Of a stretch of 26,836 bases of DNA, positions 22,470 to 26,836 are shown in pieces; position 1 is the stretch's first letter; every line of letters starts with the position of its first letter. Both the position numbers and the translations under genes were made by a program. The notes under the pieces are model-generated. The model ran no database searches. It saw only the letters and a list, made by a program, of their open reading frames with translations, and was not told the DNA's origin. Origin of the DNA: Chiloscyllium plagiosum. Lineage: Eukaryota. The stretch is taken from contig NC_057755.1 of assembly GCF_004010195.1 (NCBI RefSeq), positions 2,643,246-2,670,081 on the forward strand, written 5' to 3'.

Positions 22470-23487
22470 CACTTCTATCATCTGCCTGCACTACTACACT
22501 TCACAGTGAGTTCCAGACACCTACCACTCAGTGTACAAAAACTTGCCCCTCACATCTCCTTTGAACTTACCCTTTCTCATGTTAACTGCATGCCCCTAGT
22601 ATTGGGCATACCAACTCTGGGGGAAAGGATTCTCACTGTCAACTCTATCTCAATTGAACAGACTTCTATCAAGCCTCCCCTCCACATCCACTGCACGGCA
22701 GAAAACAACCCGAGTTTTTAAGCCTCTCCTTATAGCTCATACCCTCTAGACCAGGCAGCATCCTGGTCACTCTCTTCTACACCTTTTCCAAAGCCTCCTT
22801 ATTCTTCTTAAGTGGCAACCAAAGTTGAACACAATGCTTTAACAGAGGAACAACATTATCAACTCGCCAGGCCTCGGGACCTCACCAGTGACTAAGGAGA
22901 ATACCAAGACCATGGTCAAGGCCCCAGCAATCTATTGGCTCACTCAATAACCTGGGTTAGATACCATCAGGACCTGAGGACTTATTCACCTTTACGCTCT
23001 TCAGGTGACCCAGCACTACTACTTTCTTGGTCTAAAAATGCTGCAGCATATTAGCATGCTCAACACAAATCTCACTAATCCCCACACCCCTCTCTTGGGT
23101 GAATACTGATACAAAATACTCATTTAAGATCTCACCCATATCCTTAACCTCCAAGCACGCATTTCCTCCTTTATCCTTGAGTGGTCATTGGTTATACCTT
23201 ATCCAAAGTTATCCTCATATTTTTGATATATGTATAGAATGCTTTGGGATTCTCTTTAACTCGAATTGCCAAGGTCATTTCAAGGCCCCTTCTTGCTCTC
23301 CTAATTCCCTGTTTGAGATTTTGTCCTCTTTTCTTTATATTCCTCACAGGCCCTGTTCAATTTTAGCTTCTTAAACTTTATATATGCTTCTGTTTTCCCT
23401 TTTGATGAAATTCAGAAATTTCCTGTTATCCATGGTCCCCCTGACCTTGCCATCTTTATCCTTCCTCCTTTCTGGAACATGATCGTC
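22470..23487 (-). mobile_element. Decayed CR1 LINE fragments (ORF2 C-terminal part joined to the pre-RT part)
   Basis: 22470-22840 aligns with 730-1110 (TTGCCCCT, GGCAGCATCCTGG). 22850-23487 aligns with 21440-21900 (CCCAGCAATC, GAATACTGATACAAAATACT). The RT core between them is missing. Confidence 0.75.
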
Positions 23488-23489
23488 TC

Positions 23490-23900
23490 AATATTGAACC
23501 CGTGGGAACGCCACTCCAAACATTGCTCCAGCTGCCAAAATATCCATTGATCATTGCTTTCTCTTTCCTTATACTCAAATCAATTTTGTTTCTAAGTTGC
23601 CAGTTTCACTTGTACCAGAAACTGTAATCTAATGGAAATCCATCTGTATCATATCAGTAACGCTGCCCTCATCTACCATTTCCATTAGTTCAAAATCTTT
23701 CAGCAAGTTACCAATACACAATTTCCCATTAACTTTTCCTAATCACCTCACCTTTTGTCACGTGACCACAAGCTTTAACAGGAATAAACGTTGCCAAGAG
23801 CTCTCCCATCACCAGAGTTAAACAGACAGGGATGTAACTGCCAAGAATGACCGCACAACCCTCTTTAGAACAAGCTTGCAATGGTAATCCTTCAGTTTCT
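23490..23900 (-). mobile_element. Very old CR1 RT fragment
   Basis: The minus strand reads KEGCAVILGSYIPVCLTLVMGELLATFI, a decayed form of KKGGxDKPGNYRPVSLTSVVGKLLESII. Confidence 0.65.
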
Positions 23901-24735
23901 GACACCTCCTCCAAGTCCAGGGGAGACTGCAATGTCAATCCTCCAGTCTCATGACACCTCCTCCCTCTCAAAGGGAGGCTGCAATGTCAATCCTCCTGTC
24001 TCTGACACCTCCTCCAAGTCCAGACGAGACAGTAATGTTAATTTTCCAGTCTCCTGACACCTCTTCACAGTCCAGGGGAGACTGTAATGTCAAACATCCA
24101 GTCTCCTGACACCTCCTCCCAGTCCAGGGGAGACTGTAATATCAATCTTCCAGTCTCTGACACCTCTTCCCAGTCCAGGGGAGACTGTAATGTCAATCTT
24201 CCAGTCTCCTGACAGCTCCTCCCAGTCCAGGGGAAACTGTAATGTCAATCCCCCAGTCTCCAGACACCTCCTCCCAGTCCAGTGGAGACTGTAATGTCAA
24301 TCCTCCAGTCTCCCGACACCTCCTCCCAGTCCAGGGGAGACTGTAATGTCAATCCTCCAGTCTCCTGACACCTCTTCCCAGTCCAGGGGAGACTGTAATA
24401 TCAATCTTCCAGTCTCATGACAGCTCCCCCCAGTCCAAGGGAAACTGTAATGTCAATTCCCCAGTCTCCAGACACCTCTTCCCAGTCCAGGGGAGACTGT
24501 AATGTCAATCCTCCAGTTTCTGACACCTCCTCCCTGTCCAGGGGAGACTGTAATGTCAAGAGACAGAGGGTGAGAAACAGAGTGACTGAAACTGAGGGGC
24601 AGAAACAGTGGGCGAGAAACAGAGGGGCTGAAACAGAGGGACTGAAACAGCGGGCGAGAATCAGAAGGGCTGAAACAGAGGGTTTGCAACAGAGATATGT
24701 GACACCTCCTCCCATTCCAGGGGAGACTGTAATGT
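23885..24735. repeat. 51-52-bp minisatellite, ~14 copies
   Basis: Unit GACACCTCCTCCCAGTCCAGGGGAGACTGTAATGTCAATCCTCCAGTCTCCT, starting at 23901, 23953, 24004, 24056 ... 24522, with a last partial unit at ~24701. Confidence 0.95.
24560..24699. repeat. 14-bp tandem repeat, ~10 copies, nested in the 52-bp array
   Basis: GAAACAGAGGGNNN units at 24560, 24574, 24588 ... 24686. Confidence 0.88.
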
Positions 24736-24879
24736 TGGGGCCAATGGCCCCACAGCCTCTCCTCTCACTTCACTCAGAATCCTCGGATGTGTCTCATCCT
24801 GTCCCGGTTTCCCGATAACCACGAGTGTTACCACCATTTGGATGGTTACATGGAAACGACAGGTTTCCTCCTCAGTATA

Positions 24880-25180
24880 GGCGAAAGTGAGGACTGCAGA
24901 TATTGGAGATCAGAGCCTAGATTAGAGTAGTGGTGGAAATGTACAGCAGGTCAGGCAGCATCCAAGGAGCAGGAAAAGCGACGTTTCAGGCAAAACGCCT
25001 TCACCAGGAATGAAGGCAGGGAGCCTCCGGGGTGGAGAGATCAATGGGAGGGGGTCCGACTCGCAGATGGTAGCCAAGAGTACAATAGGTGGATGGGGGT
25101 GGGGATGAAGATGATAGGTTAGAGAGGGTGGTGGAATGGATCAGTGGGAAGGAAGATTAGCAGGCGGACAGGTCAAGGAG
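24880..25180 (-). mobile_element. Penelope-like element 3'/terminal repeat fragment
   Basis: The minus strand has a pyrimidine-rich 3' UTR, then CCTGGTGAAGGCGTTTTGCCTGAAACGTCG (hammerhead-like motif), then GGATGCTGCCTGACCTGCTG...TCTGCAGTCCTCACTTT. This matches the recalled shark Penelope terminus. Confidence 0.7.
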
Positions 25181-25184
25181 CGGA

Positions 25185-25400
25185 CACATGCGGTCCACCC
25201 ATCACCAATGTTTAGTGGCAGAATTATGTATAATTGACAAAACGCACTGCCGTAATTCACCAATGCTCCTTAAACAGCATCTTCAAATCAACGACTGACA
25301 TCTTCCGATAGACAAAGGTAGTCGATGCATGGGAACACCTCGAACTGCATGTTCCCAACCAAACCACTCACCATCCTTACTTGAATATATCTTCCTTCAG
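25185..25400 (+). mobile_element. Old LINE (L2/CR1 superfamily) near-3' fragment
   Basis: GCACTGCCGTAATTCACCAATGCTCCTT...GATGCATGGGAACACC...ACCATCCTTACTTGAATATATC resembles a recalled shark LINE 3' region. It continues at 25740 after the SINE insertions. Confidence 0.55.
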
Positions 25401-25424
25401 AAAAGATGCTCTCTGCCAGAGCAC

Positions 25425-25612
25425 CATAGAGCTGCCCTCTCATTCGTGAGACACGACTGGTGGTGAGTTTAACCTGAGAGTCACTGTGCCTCAGGGGAGA
25501 GCTGACTTTGAGAAGGTGGGACCTTCATGGTGATCTCAGCCTGTGTGGGAATTGAACCTGTGCTGTTGGTGCCACTCTACATCACAAACCAGCCGTAGAG
25601 CCAACACTGCTG
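25425..25612 (-). mobile_element. tRNA-derived SINE (second family)
   Basis: Reverse complement contains the B box GGTTCAATTCCC and CTCAGGTTAAACTCACCACCAGTCGTGTCTC..AATGAGAG. Homologous to 25612-25730. Confidence 0.65.
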
Positions 25613-25730
25613 CAGGGTGTCAGTTAGTACAGTTGGCTAGATGGCTGGTGCGAGATGTAGAGTGACGGAGTCAACCTCAGTTTAAAATCACCAGCCGTTG
25701 TCTCTCTCGATGAGAGAACATGCCTCTGGA
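25612..25730 (+). mobile_element. Internally deleted copy of the same SINE
   Basis: GGCTGGTGCGAGATGTAGAGTG is joined directly to CCTCAGTTTAAAATCACCAGCCGTTGTCTCTCTCGATGAGAG. Confidence 0.6.
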
Positions 25731-25739
25731 ACTTGGACA

Positions 25740-25920
25740 GAATGTGCCTCTGTTAAACTCCTGGACAATCCCTTTCCCTCCTTCCCTTCACACCACCGAC
25801 GGGCTGTTCCTACACTGTCAGGACTGCAGGGACACAGGAAAGCAGCTCCCATCACATTCTTCAGGGCAATAAACTCTGACCCAGCCATCAAACCCCGAAC
25901 CCCTGAAATATTTGATTAAA
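25740..25920 (+). mobile_element. 3' end of the old LINE that begins at 25185
   Basis: CCTACAC..GGACTGCAG..GCAGCTCCCATCACATTCTTCAGGGCAATAAACTCTGACCCAGCCA resembles the recalled 3' terminus of that family. Confidence 0.5.
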
Positions 25921-26317
25921 CACACCTGAGAAACCATTTTGAAAGCCATGATTATGATTACCAGAACATTCAGACAAATGTACCAGTAAAATTGTTGGAT
26001 ATGCAAACATTTGGCAGACTCTTTGAGATGGAGACTGACTGAATGAGTGTGAAAGTAAGAATGAGAAAGAGAGAGAGGGGGCAAGAAAATGGGTGTGACA
26101 GTTGCTGAATTCAGTTCAACCTCATTTTCACGATGATGCAAAACATTGAACAGAGAACAGTGCCGACTGAATTTTCTTCTAAATATTTCTAATCTGTGAA
26201 GTATTTTCAGACAGGACTATCAGGAAGTGGTTAGTCCATGTAGCATGTCATAAAATCCCTGTTTCTAAAAGCAGGAATAAGTTCTTATCAACCTAAGTAA
26301 TCATCTGATGATTGTGC

Positions 26318-26836
26318 AGTCATAGAGTCATAGAAATGTATAGCATGGAAACAGACCCTTCGGTCCAACCCGTCCATGCCGACCAGATATCCCAACCCAA
26401 TTTAATCCCACCTGCCAGCACCCGGACCACATCCCTCTAACCAGCACCTTCCTATCATGTACCCATCTAAATGCCTTTTAAATGTTATAATAGTACCAGT
26501 CTCCACCACTTCCCCTGGCAACTCATTTCATACACATACCACCCTCTGCGTGAAAAGGTTGCCCCTTAGGTCTCTTTTATATCTTTCCCCTCACACCTTA
26601 ACCTATGCCCTCTAGTTCTGGACTCGCCGACCCCAGGGAAAATACTTGTCTATTTATCCTATCCATGCCCCTCATAATTTTGTAAACATCTATAAGGTCA
26701 CACCTCAGCCTCTGACGCTCCAGGGAAAACAGCCCCAGCCTGTTCAGCCTCTCCCTGTAGCTAAGATCCTCAACCTGCGGCAACATCCTTGTAAATCTTT
26801 TCTGAACCCTTTCAAGTTTCACAACATCTTTCCAAT
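26318..26836 (-). mobile_element. CR1-type LINE 3' end (runs off the window)
   Basis: ORF 26598..26822 (LERVQKRFTRMLP...YRERLNRLGLFSLERQRLRCDLIDVYKIMRG) is the canonical CR1 ORF2 C-terminus. The terminal repeat GTCATAGAGTCATAG is at the left end. Confidence 0.95.

Noticed and set aside
3251..24560. Identical 52-bp period of two separate arrays
   Set aside because: The unit sequences are unrelated (SINE-derived versus CR1 ORF2-derived), so the shared length is most simply a coincidence.

Overview
Non-coding, repeat-saturated vertebrate genomic DNA. The repeat families (HE1-type V-SINEs, CR1/HER1-type LINEs, Penelope-like fragments) point to a cartilaginous fish, probably a shark; this is inferred from recalled family sequences, not from a search. 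No intact protein-coding gene is supported: nearly all listed ORFs are translations of tandem repeats or decayed retroelements. The window is dominated by an ~11.1 kb array of a 33-bp doubly palindromic unit with nested block duplications. It also holds five smaller arrays (52, 42, 73, 51-52 and 14 bp units), many CR1 and SINE fragments, Penelope remnants (a GIY-YIG fragment and degenerate hammerhead-like motifs) and a probable solo LTR. The most notable pattern is that several arrays are amplified pieces of retroposons, two of them still in register inside the parent element. I found no convincing previously undescribed multi-gene system.
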